Shown here in pieces: positions 15,710 to 23,381 of a stretch of 26,437 nucleotides of DNA. Made by a program: the position numbers and the translations under genes. Numbering within the stretch: position 1 is the stretch's first letter; each line of letters begins with the position of its first letter. Origin of the DNA: an uncultured Dehalococcoidaceae bacterium (GTDB lineage Bacteria > Chloroflexota > Dehalococcoidia > Dehalococcoidales > RBG-16-60-22); NCBI GenBank assembly GCA_964453865.1, contig CAYVPT010000001.1, positions 1 to 26,437 on the forward strand. Reading direction: 5' to 3'. The notes beneath the pieces are model-generated. The model saw only the letters and a program-made list of their open reading frames with translations. It searched no databases and was not told where the DNA came from.

Positions 15710-16637
15710 ACGAACAACTGGGAAAACGTAAACGCCGTCCAGCGTATGCAGGACTATATCGAACGGCATACGACGGAGGCGATAACCCTGCGTAGGCTGG
15801 CTAAAGCGGCCGGGTATTCTCCATGGCACGCCGCGAGGATTTTCAAGGAACTGACCGGAAAAACGCCTTTCGAATATATCAGAGAGCTGAGGCTATCGCG
15901 CGCGGTCTTGAAGCTCAGGGATAACGATACCAGGATTGTTGATGTCGCCCTCGATTTTGTATTCGATTCGCACGAAGGATTCACCAGGGCGTTTTCTCGT
16001 CAGTTCGGCATGAGCCTGCGGGATTATACCAAAAACAAGCCGCCGATAAAACTCTTCATGCCCAGCCGAATCCGTGATTATTACCTCATGCTGCAAAAAG
16101 GAGAAGAAGCCATGACCACCAAATCAAGTGTCAATACCGTTTTTGTCCAAGTTGTTGACCGCCCGGAAAGGAAGCTGATTCTGAAACGCGGCATCAAGGC
16201 GACACACTATTTTGAATACTGCGAAGAGGTAGGCTGCGAAATCTGGGACGTTCTTTGCGGTATCAAGGATGCTCTTTACGAACCTATCGGAATGTGGCTG
16301 CCAAAAAAACCTTATCAAGACGGGGACATCAGTTTACGCGCAGGGTGTAGAAATGCCGGTAAATTATACCGGGGAAGTACCGGAGGGGTATGATATTATC
16401 GACCTGCCGCCGTGCCAGATGATGGTTTTCCAGGGGCAACCCTATGATGACTGTAAATTCCAGGAGGCTATCAGCGACCTCTGGGAAGTGATGAAGACTT
16501 ACAATCCGGAGGTGTATGGGTTTGCCTGGGCGGACGAGGACGGCCCGAGGTTCCAGCTCGAACCGCAGGGATACCGGGGCTATATCGAGGCGAGGCCGGT
16601 GAGGCAGCTTAATGTGAACAAGCAAGATAGCGAGTGA
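15710..16637 (+). pseudogene. AraC-family regulator with C-terminal effector domain, split by a +1 frameshift and with ACG at the start position
   Basis: The AraC HTH (GYSPWHAARIFKE..IVDVALDFVFDSHEGFTRAF) is in the frame of 15746-16393. The protein continues as NLIKTGTSVYAQGVE..GYRGYIEARPV in the +1 frame after the A7 run at 16303-16309. Confidence 0.8.
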
Positions 16638-16671
16638 ATTACGGGAAACGCAGGTCAGAGTAAAACGGACA

Positions 16672-17280
16672 TCAGCCGCCGGGCTGACTTATCATGAGAG
16701 AGTTGCGGGCTTTAGCCGCCGCCCGCGCCCGGTGGCTGATTTTATTCTTTTCTTCCGGTGGCAGCTCGGCGAATGTTTTACCCAGTTCCGGAACGAAAAA
16801 GACGGGGTCGTAGCCGAAGCCCTGATTGCCCCTCGGTGTGGTGGTGATTACTCCCCGGCACTCGTCGGAGAAAAACTCAACTATGCCACCAGGTTCGGCG
16901 ATGGCTATAACACATCGAAAGCGGCCCGTACGATTGCCTTCGGGTATATCCTTGAGTTTATCGAGCAGGTAGTTGATTCTATCCGAATCCGAAGCGTCCT
17001 CGCCGGCATAGCGGGCGGACAGTACTCCCGGCTCGCCGCCGAGTACATCAACCTCCAGGCCGGAATCGTCAGCCAGCGTCAACAGTCCGCTTTCCGCAGC
17101 CAGAGACACAGCCTTCAGCCGGGCGTTTTCTGCAAAGCTCCCTCCGGTTTCCTCGACTTCCGTGATGATGCCCTGCTCAGCCGGTGTCACTATTTTATAA
17201 GGGATGCCCCGGAGCAGGCTTTTGTACTCGCGTACCTTGCCCTTGTTATTGGTGGCCAGCAGGAGCTTTTTTCGCTTCAT
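16672..17280 (-). CDS. rdgB: Non-canonical purine NTP pyrophosphatase (RdgB/HAM1)
   Basis: ATNNKGK, DDSGL, PGVLSAR, FGYDP and KNKISHR motifs. Confidence 0.96.
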   Translation of the reverse strand: MKRKKLLLATNNKGKVREYKSLLRGIPYKIVTPAEQGIITEVEETGGSFAENARLKAVSLAAESGLLTLADDSGLEVDVLGGEPGVLSARYAGEDASDSDRINYLLDKLKDIPEGNRTGRFRCVIAIAEPGGIVEFFSDECRGVITTTPRGNQGFGYDPVFFVPELGKTFAELPPEEKNKISHRARAAAKARNSLMISQPGG

Positions 17281-17366
17281 ACGGAGTCCCTTTTTCGTAA
17301 TTATAAAGGAAGCCGCAGCTTAATGCTACGGCTTCGTGTTTTTACCTGCTAATATTCCGCTCAGGT

Positions 17367-18464
17367 TCAGTCAAGGTCTTCGAATCTGTCCTTGAGCTTC
17401 TCCATGACCTGTGGCATAGTGGTATACTCCATCTCGTCGAGGGGCAGGCGGTGCGGCTCGAAAGGACCGTGGCGCCGCATCATGTCGGCCATCTCGTTGG
17501 CCTGGTGGCGCGCCAGGTTGAAAGCCTTATCCTTAAACATATCACGCGGGCCGACCAGCTTGCCGTTATTAAGCTGGTAACCCAGGCAGATGACCCGCGG
17601 CGGGCCGTCGAAGCGCGAGGGCGTGCTGTCCTCCAGGGCAACCGGCATCAGCGGGCCCATGTGGGAGCCGCGCATCCATCCCTCCACCAGGATGGGTGCA
17701 GCGAAGGGTTCGAGCACCTCACCTACCGCTGGGAAGATACCCTGGCAGCGGACGATGCATACCGGGTCGTCCTTGCCGACGTACTTGCCGGCCAGCAGCG
17801 AAAGTCGCTCTGTCGAGGAGGCTGACGCTATTTCTCCGGTTTCCTTATGGTAGATATACTTAACGGCGAATCTCGCCGGTGCCCCGATGAAGACCAGCAT
17901 ATCGTATATTTCTTCGGGGGAGCTGAAGCGTATTTTCTTGTGTTCTTTGACGTCATGCACCTCGAAGACATAGCCGGTGTGCATACTGGGGGCGATGACG
18001 AGGCCGATAGTGTTGAACGGGTCAGCGAACATCTTATAAAGAGGCATGTTCCAAGCCCCGGCGGAGGTCTTATCCGCCATGAAGATAAGCACCGGCTCGG
18101 AAGTCCTCTCTTCGAACTCCATCTCGGCGAGTCCCGGTCCCATGCCTTTGACATTACCGGAGAAAGCATCGGTCAAAAGGTCCTGGCCGGCGCCGTAGAG
18201 CTTCATCTTTTTAGCCAGTTCGGTGCCGGTAATAAAGGTATCCCAGGCCAGTTTGTGTATTTCATAATCGCCCGTTCCCTTCTCATGCGTCATGATGAGT
18301 TGCAGGTCGTCGCCGCACTTGGTTGCCTGACAGTCAATTAGCATTCCCTCTTTCCTGGCTTTATCCAGGCATTCCTGGGCCAGGGCGATGATATCGGGGT
18401 GGGATTCCGAGTGGCCTACGTAGCCACCGATGTCGGCCTTGATAACGCTCAATGTGATTTTCAT
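17367..18464 (-). CDS. fbp: Fructose-1,6-bisphosphate aldolase/phosphatase (class V FBPase)
   Basis: SVIKADIGG.VGH, YGAGQDLL.DAFSGN.KGMGP, YVGKDDP, GWMRGSH and FEPHRL motifs. Confidence 0.96.
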   Translation of the reverse strand: MKITLSVIKADIGGYVGHSESHPDIIALAQECLDKARKEGMLIDCQATKCGDDLQLIMTHEKGTGDYEIHKLAWDTFITGTELAKKMKLYGAGQDLLTDAFSGNVKGMGPGLAEMEFEERTSEPVLIFMADKTSAGAWNMPLYKMFADPFNTIGLVIAPSMHTGYVFEVHDVKEHKKIRFSSPEEIYDMLVFIGAPARFAVKYIYHKETGEIASASSTERLSLLAGKYVGKDDPVCIVRCQGIFPAVGEVLEPFAAPILVEGWMRGSHMGPLMPVALEDSTPSRFDGPPRVICLGYQLNNGKLVGPRDMFKDKAFNLARHQANEMADMMRRHGPFEPHRLPLDEMEYTTMPQVMEKLKDRFEDLD

Positions 18465-18478
18465 GGGGTACCTCCATT

Positions 18479-19021
18479 TTAATATTCGATTCCCTTGCGG
18501 GCTTTGATACCTTTCTCAAATGGATGTTTGACATTTACCATCTCGGTTACAAGGTCGGCCATCTCCAGCATGCGGTCGTTAGCATAACGACCGGTAAGGA
18601 TAAGCTCGACATGGGGTGGTTTTTCTTCGATGAGCTTGATGACGTCATCAAGTTCGATGAGTTTGTATTCTAGGGCGACATTTATTTCATCGAGCACCAC
18701 GAGGTCATGGTGACCGCTGTTAACGGCCTGACGCGCGGCTGCCAGGGCTTTCTCCGCCTGTTCTTTTTCCTCCGGCTTGACATTGAGTGGGTCGGTAAAT
18801 TCCCTGAAGCCGGATTTGAGTACCTCGACATTGGGGAGTTTCAGCAGGGTTTCAAATTCGCCATAGGAATAATCGCCCTTCATGAAAAAAACAATGAAAA
18901 TTCTAAGACCGTGACCGGCCGCCCTGAGTATGGTACCCAGCGCTGCTGTCGTCTTGCCCTTACCGTTGCCGGTAAAGATCTGGACCAGCCCCCTAGCGTT
19001 TTCAGCAGTCACTTGATTCAT
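18479..19021 (-). CDS. cobO: Cob(I)yrinic acid a,c-diamide adenosyltransferase (CobO/BtuR type)
   Basis: FTGNGKGKTTAALG P-loop, LDEINVAL, LILTGR, ADLVTEM and GIEY C-terminus. Confidence 0.93.
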   Translation of the reverse strand: MNQVTAENARGLVQIFTGNGKGKTTAALGTILRAAGHGLRIFIVFFMKGDYSYGEFETLLKLPNVEVLKSGFREFTDPLNVKPEEKEQAEKALAAARQAVNSGHHDLVVLDEINVALEYKLIELDDVIKLIEEKPPHVELILTGRYANDRMLEMADLVTEMVNVKHPFEKGIKARKGIEY

Positions 19022-19266
19022 TACTCCAGAAAATGGATGACCTGAGTAATCCCCAAGATATTCTATACATCATACCGTGTTAAACATGTAGGAATAGGAT
19101 AGAAATGAGTAGAATTTTTCTCCCGGGCAGTGCAGGCCTGGTAAGGGCTTGCTCTGATGTGCTGGTGCCTTAAGTCCAGAAAGCGTGATGAGACCCCGTT
19201 TCTTAAGGTAATTATCGGACAAACACAACAAAACCTCTTGTTATCATCGTTCTGTGTGTTTTTTAT

Positions 19267-19304
19267 AGTTTATCAATAAACCGTGGAATTGTCAACTGTA
19301 TACA
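19267..19304 (-). promoter_or_regulatory. Sigma70-type promoter about 240 nt upstream of cobO, with an adjacent TGTATACA palindrome
   Basis: The minus strand reads TTGACA (19295-19290)-N17-TAAACT (19272-19267). tgtataca lies at 19297-19304. Confidence 0.55.
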
Positions 19305-19334
19305 AACGTTCGCGGATAATTGGACTACTGGCGG

Positions 19335-19907
19335 TTATGGTGCCTGGTGTATAGCTTTTAGTCTTATCCTGAAGAAGGTGGTTATACCTGTCAGGGCGGG
19401 CAAGGCAATACCGTAAATTACGAGCACCCCCGGCACTTTAAGCCACCAGTCCACGAGGGGCAGCATGATAAAAAGAAAAGCCATGGACGGGGTAACATTC
19501 CTTCTTATGATGAGGATTAAGATAGTGGGTAATGCCAGTATGAGCATGGGCAGGGTTACCAGGACCAGCAGAACGCCGATGGTGGTACTCACACCGCGTC
19601 CGCCCCGGAATCCCAGGAAGACCGGCCAGTTGTGGCCGATGACGGCGGCGGCGCCGGTGAAGAGGACAACGGTCTGGGACATATTGGTTGCCTGAGCGAT
19701 AAGTACCACCGCCGCCCCCTTGGCGGCATCGATAATGCCTACCAGCATGCCCGCGGTGGGCCCAAGTTCGCGGTAGGCGTTGGCGGCACCGGCGTTTTCA
19801 TCGCCTATCTGCCGGATATCTTTCCCTTTCAGAAACTGCCCGGCGAGATAAGCGGTGGGCAGGGAGCCGAAAACATAACCTATTAAGATTACCAGCCAGA
19901 CGGGCAT
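19335..19907 (-). CDS. plsY: Glycerol-3-phosphate acyltransferase PlsY
   Basis: GYVFGSLP, DIRQIGDENAGAAN, DAAKG and GHNWPVFLGFRGGRGV motifs. The ORF-track extension runs through the tRNA, so the start is set at ATG 19907. Confidence 0.9.
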   Translation of the reverse strand: MPVWLVILIGYVFGSLPTAYLAGQFLKGKDIRQIGDENAGAANAYRELGPTAGMLVGIIDAAKGAAVVLIAQATNMSQTVVLFTGAAAVIGHNWPVFLGFRGGRGVSTTIGVLLVLVTLPMLILALPTILILIIRRNVTPSMAFLFIMLPLVDWWLKVPGVLVIYGIALPALTGITTFFRIRLKAIHQAP

Positions 19908-19922
19908 GTCACACTCCATTAG

Positions 19923-20006
<84 letters not shown>

Positions 20007-20018
20007 ATATATAGAGTA

Positions 20019-20047
20019 ATTGTATTGGCAAATAGGGAGGGTGTCAA
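20019..20047 (-). promoter_or_regulatory. Promoter of tRNA-Leu(-plsY)
   Basis: TTGACA-N17-TACAAT on the minus strand, just upstream of the tRNA. Confidence 0.7.
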
Positions 20048-20115
20048 GACTGGTATGTGCGGGTACGATTGATTTTTCTACTCTACCCAATGTTTACCTC
20101 TACCTTTTTACGAAA

Positions 20116-20157
20116 TCTATTCCCCTAGCCCCCTTCCTTTGTCAAAGGAAGGGGGAA
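20116..20157. repeat. REP-like hairpin
   Basis: tctattcccctagcccccttcctttgtcaaaggaagggggaa. Confidence 0.7.
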
Positions 20158-20327
20158 CATTAACAAAGGGAATCTTACTCATTGAAGCGTTGTGCAAAAC
20201 AGGTCAGTACCGGGAATGATTGAAAGATGACGCCGCCTCCTTCTTCCCCCACTTGGGAAAAGAGTAGGAAACACTTAACCGGACAGACCAGTACTGTCTT
20301 CCATCGGCCTGGATGTAAGGAACAAAA

Positions 20328-20360
20328 TCCCCCTTAATCCCCCTTTTTCAAAGGGGGAAA
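20328..20360. repeat. REP-like hairpin
   Basis: tcccccttaatccccctttttcaaagggggaaa. Confidence 0.7.
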
Positions 20361-20381
20361 TTTAGCAGGGAAAAAAGACTA

Positions 20382-20447
20382 CGGGCTAAGCCGTGGATGA
20401 TGCGAGGGCGGTTCGGGTGGGAATAGATAACATCGAGGGGTGGAGGG
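20382..20447 (+). repeat. G-rich dispersed repeat, copy E
   Basis: cgggctaagccgtggatgatgcgagggcggttcgggtgggaatagataacatcgaggggtggaggg. Confidence 0.9.
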
Positions 20448-20461
20448 ACAAAGTAAATGAC

Positions 20462-21079
20462 TTACCGGTGTGAGTTGCGGAATGACTTCATTTTACGGGC
20501 GTGTTTATGAAAAGTACCCTCTACCGCTTTCGTGGCGGGTTTATCCGGGGGGGGATTGGGGGCGTTCGACTGACCGGTTGGGGCCGGTTTTTCCCCCTGG
20601 GGTTTTGATGGACTCCCGGGATCATTTTTGTCACTGGCCCTGGCCGGTTTTTCCGGTGCCGGAGATTTTTGAGCAAGCCAGGCTTTATTAAGAGCCATAC
20701 CGATAAGACCGGCAATTACCTTGGTAAGGTCGGACGTTTGTTTGTAGAAACGTTTCTTATTGCGTGAGGCAATCCCCAGGATGCCGTGGATGTGGTAGGT
20801 CATCATAGGAGCGGCCACCATCCATTTGAAACCTGCATCAGGAAAAGATGACAGTCCGTACAACCCGTCGTTGGAAAGGTCGGGGATAACGATTTCGTTC
20901 CCCAGGCCGATGATTTGCTTGCTGAAGCGGTGGTTGGTATCTATCCTGACGATTTCATGCTTCATTTCCGGGGAAAATCCACGGTACGCCGCCAGTGATA
21001 ATATCCGCTTACGGGTATCGTAAGTCTGCACCCAGCAGCACTCCGTCTTCAATACCTGAGAAAGCGTATCCAGAGTCAT
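20462..21079 (-). CDS. Stand-alone GAF-domain protein with low-complexity C-terminal tail (true start may lie upstream)
   Basis: GAF-like pattern LSLAAYRG..IVIPDL..WMVAAPM..HGILGIASR..IAGLIGMAL, followed by a Pro/Ser/Lys-rich tail. Confidence 0.75.
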   Translation of the reverse strand: MTLDTLSQVLKTECCWVQTYDTRKRILSLAAYRGFSPEMKHEIVRIDTNHRFSKQIIGLGNEIVIPDLSNDGLYGLSSFPDAGFKWMVAAPMMTYHIHGILGIASRNKKRFYKQTSDLTKVIAGLIGMALNKAWLAQKSPAPEKPARASDKNDPGSPSKPQGEKPAPTGQSNAPNPPPDKPATKAVEGTFHKHARKMKSFRNSHR

Positions 21080-21314
21080 ATCCAGGAGCTTCTGGGGCTC
21101 ATTGGAGAGGGCTAATACCTCGTTGATATCCCTGATAGTGGTGAAAACGCTGTCGATTTTGATTTCAGAAGGTCCTCTTGAGAATTATAACGAATTTTCC
21201 AAATATATAAAAGTCGGCGACCTGTACTTTAAGCAAATTGTCTATATATATTATTATCATATATAGCGGGGAGATTTCCACAAAATACAGGAGTTAAAAA
21301 AAAGGGGGGTGATC

Positions 21315-21836
21315 ATGGAAACGCACGAAATGCTATCGAACGCTTACGGCGGTATATTGAGGACGCTGGAATATACCTTGGAAGGGCTAACCGAAGAAGA
21401 CCTGAACTGGCAGCCGAAGCACGACTGCAACAGTATCGGCTGGCTGGTCTGGCACCTGACCCGCTGGCAGGATGTTCAGTTCTCCTCTTTTATCGGTAAG
21501 GAACAGCTCTGGATAGAGGCGGGATGGCATAAAAAGTTCAACCGGCCGGCCGACCCCAAAGACAGCGGCACGGGTAGCAAGCCGGAGGACATCGCCAAAT
21601 TCAAATCCCCGGATGCTAAAACATTACTCGGTTACCAGCGGGTGGTACTGGAAAGGGCGCAGCAATGCTTCCCCACCCTGAAAAAAGCTGACCTGGATAA
21701 AATAGTTGAAGGTACGCCTTTCAAACCCCCGCCAACGTTCGGGATGATGCTGATTGTAACATTAAGCGATGGTATGCAGCACGCCGGGCAGGCGGCTTAT
21801 ATACGGGGCTTGCGCCAGGGGTTCGGCTGGCATTAA
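21315..21836 (+). CDS. DinB family (DinB_2) four-helix-bundle protein
   Basis: LNWQP..CNSIGWLVWHL and QHAGQAAYIRG, carrying the His ligands typical of DinB/YfiT proteins. Confidence 0.88.
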   Translation: METHEMLSNAYGGILRTLEYTLEGLTEEDLNWQPKHDCNSIGWLVWHLTRWQDVQFSSFIGKEQLWIEAGWHKKFNRPADPKDSGTGSKPEDIAKFKSPDAKTLLGYQRVVLERAQQCFPTLKKADLDKIVEGTPFKPPPTFGMMLIVTLSDGMQHAGQAAYIRGLRQGFGWH

Positions 21837-21921
21837 AAATACATAATGAATGACCGGGCAATATCGGTAAAAATCCTGGGAAAATATTGACAAATCGGTA
21901 TTTTCGTATTATTATGCGCAA

Positions 21922-22179
21922 ATGACAATGGAAGACAAAGTCATTAAGCCCCGGTTTGTCAAGGGACAGAAGGTCATTATCAAGCCTGTCAGCGAGTCCG
22001 GCATGTCCCAGCGGGAAAACGATATCAACCAGTACGCCGGTCAGGTCGGCGAGGTCTCCAATTACCACTGGATAAGCCCGCGCACCGGCCAGGTATTCTA
22101 TATCTACAACGTGAGTGTCGGCGCCAAAAAGAAAGAGATAGTCGTCTACGAGGACGAGATGGAACCCCGTTTAATCTGA
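21922..22179 (+). CDS. Small hypothetical protein, possibly SH3/KOW-like beta barrel
   Basis: 85 aa (PRFVKGQKVIIK..YAGQVGEV..YNV..EIVVYEDEME) preceded by TTGACA at 21886 and a TATTAT -10. Confidence 0.7.
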   Translation: MTMEDKVIKPRFVKGQKVIIKPVSESGMSQRENDINQYAGQVGEVSNYHWISPRTGQVFYIYNVSVGAKKKEIVVYEDEMEPRLI

Positions 22180-22195
22180 GAAGACGGCGGTAGAG

Positions 22196-22236
22196 AATAA
22201 ACGCGGGTTACCGGAAAAGCGGTAGCCCGCGTTATT
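22196..22236. terminator. Bidirectional terminator between the small ORF and tRNA-Cys
   Basis: 13-bp stem acgcgggttaccg/cggtagcccgcgt with A/T-rich flanks on both sides. Confidence 0.75.
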
Positions 22237-22249
22237 GTTTTAAGGGGAG

Positions 22250-22325
22250 TGGAGGCGACGGGCGGATTCGAACCGCCGAATAGGGATTTTGCAGACCCCC
22301 GCCTTAACCTCTTGGCCACGTCGCC
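22250..22325 (-). tRNA. tRNA-Cys (anticodon GCA), CCA encoded
   Basis: Acceptor stem ggcgacg/cgtcgcc, anticodon arm ggggt-ctGCAaa-atccc, T-arm ggcgg-TTCGAAT-ccgcc and a U73 discriminator. Confidence 0.96.
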
Positions 22326-22339
22326 TGGCTACATCCTAC

Positions 22340-22368
22340 ATTCTAAGCTAAAACGTAAAATGATGCAA
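22340..22368 (-). promoter_or_regulatory. Promoter of tRNA-Cys
   Basis: TTGCAT-N17-TAGAAT on the minus strand. Confidence 0.65.
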
Positions 22369-22407
22369 TATACATTTTAAAGGGTCCCGTTTGCCTCTGG
22401 TTGATAC

Positions 22408-22600
22408 GTTCAAACCTCACCCCTAACCCCTCTCCAGCCAGAGACACCGGTAAGGAACCACAGATATTTATGGCTGCAGAGGGGATCTCAGGAGAGAGGG
22501 GGCGAAGCCCCCTCTCATATACTCTCCCCCTCTTGAACATCCTGTAAAATCGAGTTAAAAGGATAAGACTGTTCGAGAGGGGGATAAAGGGGGTGATTAT
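22408..22600. repeat. Expanded composite palindromic element (MITE/REP-like)
   Basis: Its ends match the 1774-1862 element in inverted orientation. It contains inner hairpins, including gagagggggcgaagccccctctc (22494-22516). Confidence 0.8.
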
Positions 22601-22629
22601 TAGAAGAGACCAGATGCAAATAATACCTA

Positions 22630-22926
22630 CTAAAGCCGGCGGGTGAGGAACCATTTCTTAAGCTCGGGGTTGGTAAGCTTGGTACCGCGGTCGTAGTACA
22701 TTTCATATACCTCGCCCTCCGTGGTCTTGACGCGGTAGTAGTTGCGGTGGTGGCGGTGGTACCATTTCTTACGTTTAGGCGGGATATTGCCGTAGCCGTG
22801 GTCCGGCCAGAACTCCAGGACTTCGGCGACCTGATATTCGCGGTCATCGATGCGGAAAGACACCGGGGCTTTAACGTCCCCGCCGGTGGCGACCTCTATC
22901 TGTTTGGCGAAAAAGTTCTCGGGCAT
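22630..22926 (-). CDS. DUF6504-like small protein
   Basis: PVSF..DREYQV.EVLEFW..W..RNYYRVKT.EG.VYEMYYD..W.L pattern. The start is set at ATG 22926. Confidence 0.65.
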   Translation of the reverse strand: MPENFFAKQIEVATGGDVKAPVSFRIDDREYQVAEVLEFWPDHGYGNIPPKRKKWYHRHHRNYYRVKTTEGEVYEMYYDRGTKLTNPELKKWFLTRRL

Positions 22927-23020
22927 GGTGAAAAATACCTCAGTGATTATGCTAGCGGGGAATGGGAGAAGTGTCAATGGGGGGGGGTTATTTTTTCCTC
23001 ACCCCTTTTTTTCAGGTGAA

Positions 23021-23097
23021 CCTATCCCCCTGTGTCCCCCTTCCCTTGAGGATTAATGAAGGGAAGGGGGAGTAATTTAAAAGAGGGGCTGACGCCC
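23021..23097. repeat. Composite C-rich/G-rich palindrome
   Basis: cccccttccctt..gaagggaaggggg followed by a degenerate gaggggctgacgccc module. Confidence 0.7.
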
Positions 23098-23120
23098 ATC
23101 TTGCTGCGCAATTCCCGTTT

Positions 23121-23159
23121 TCACCCTCACCCTTACCCTCTCCCATCAAGGGAGAGGGG
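23121..23159. repeat. REP-like hairpin
   Basis: tcaccctcacccttaccctctcccatcaagggagagggg. Its last 24 nt are identical to those of 13702-13739. Confidence 0.82.
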
Positions 23160-23169
23160 ATATTAACTA

Positions 23170-23239
23170 CGGGATAAGCCGTGGATGAAACTGGGCGGAC
23201 TGGGTGGGAATAGATAAAAACCGAGGGGAGTGGAGGGGG
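23170..23239 (+). repeat. G-rich dispersed repeat, copy F
   Basis: cgggataagccgtggatgaaactgggcggactgggtgggaatagataa plus a cgaggggagtggaggggg tail. Confidence 0.88.
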
Positions 23240-23290
23240 CTGGATTCCAGCCGGAGTTTATCCTGAGCGTAGCGTGAGGGCTGGAATGAC
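23240..23290. repeat. GTCATT/AATGAC-type palindrome with an inner module
   Basis: ctggattccagccggagtttatcctgagcgtagcgtgagggctggaatgac. Confidence 0.8.
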
Positions 23291-23381
23291 AATAAGAAGT
23301 GGGAAAGACGCCGCCATTTACAGCTTACCCCTCTTTTTGGTAATCTAAGACGTAAAATTGCCCCGGCGCGGGAGGTGACGT

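Noticed and set aside
16301-16312. Programmed -1 ribosomal frameshift (A-AAA-AAA/C) in araC
   Set aside because: The downstream domain is in the +1 frame, and a -1 shift leads into a non-homologous frame.
19022-19260. Cobalamin riboswitch or 6S RNA upstream of cobO
   Set aside because: No GGGAA..GCCCCCGCAACTGT or B12-box motifs are visible, and the rod-like fold lacks a symmetric central bubble. It is kept only as an unassigned structured-leader candidate.
23291-23381. ZTP or purine riboswitch upstream of purM/purH
   Set aside because: No consensus elements are present. The upstream space is filled by repeat units.
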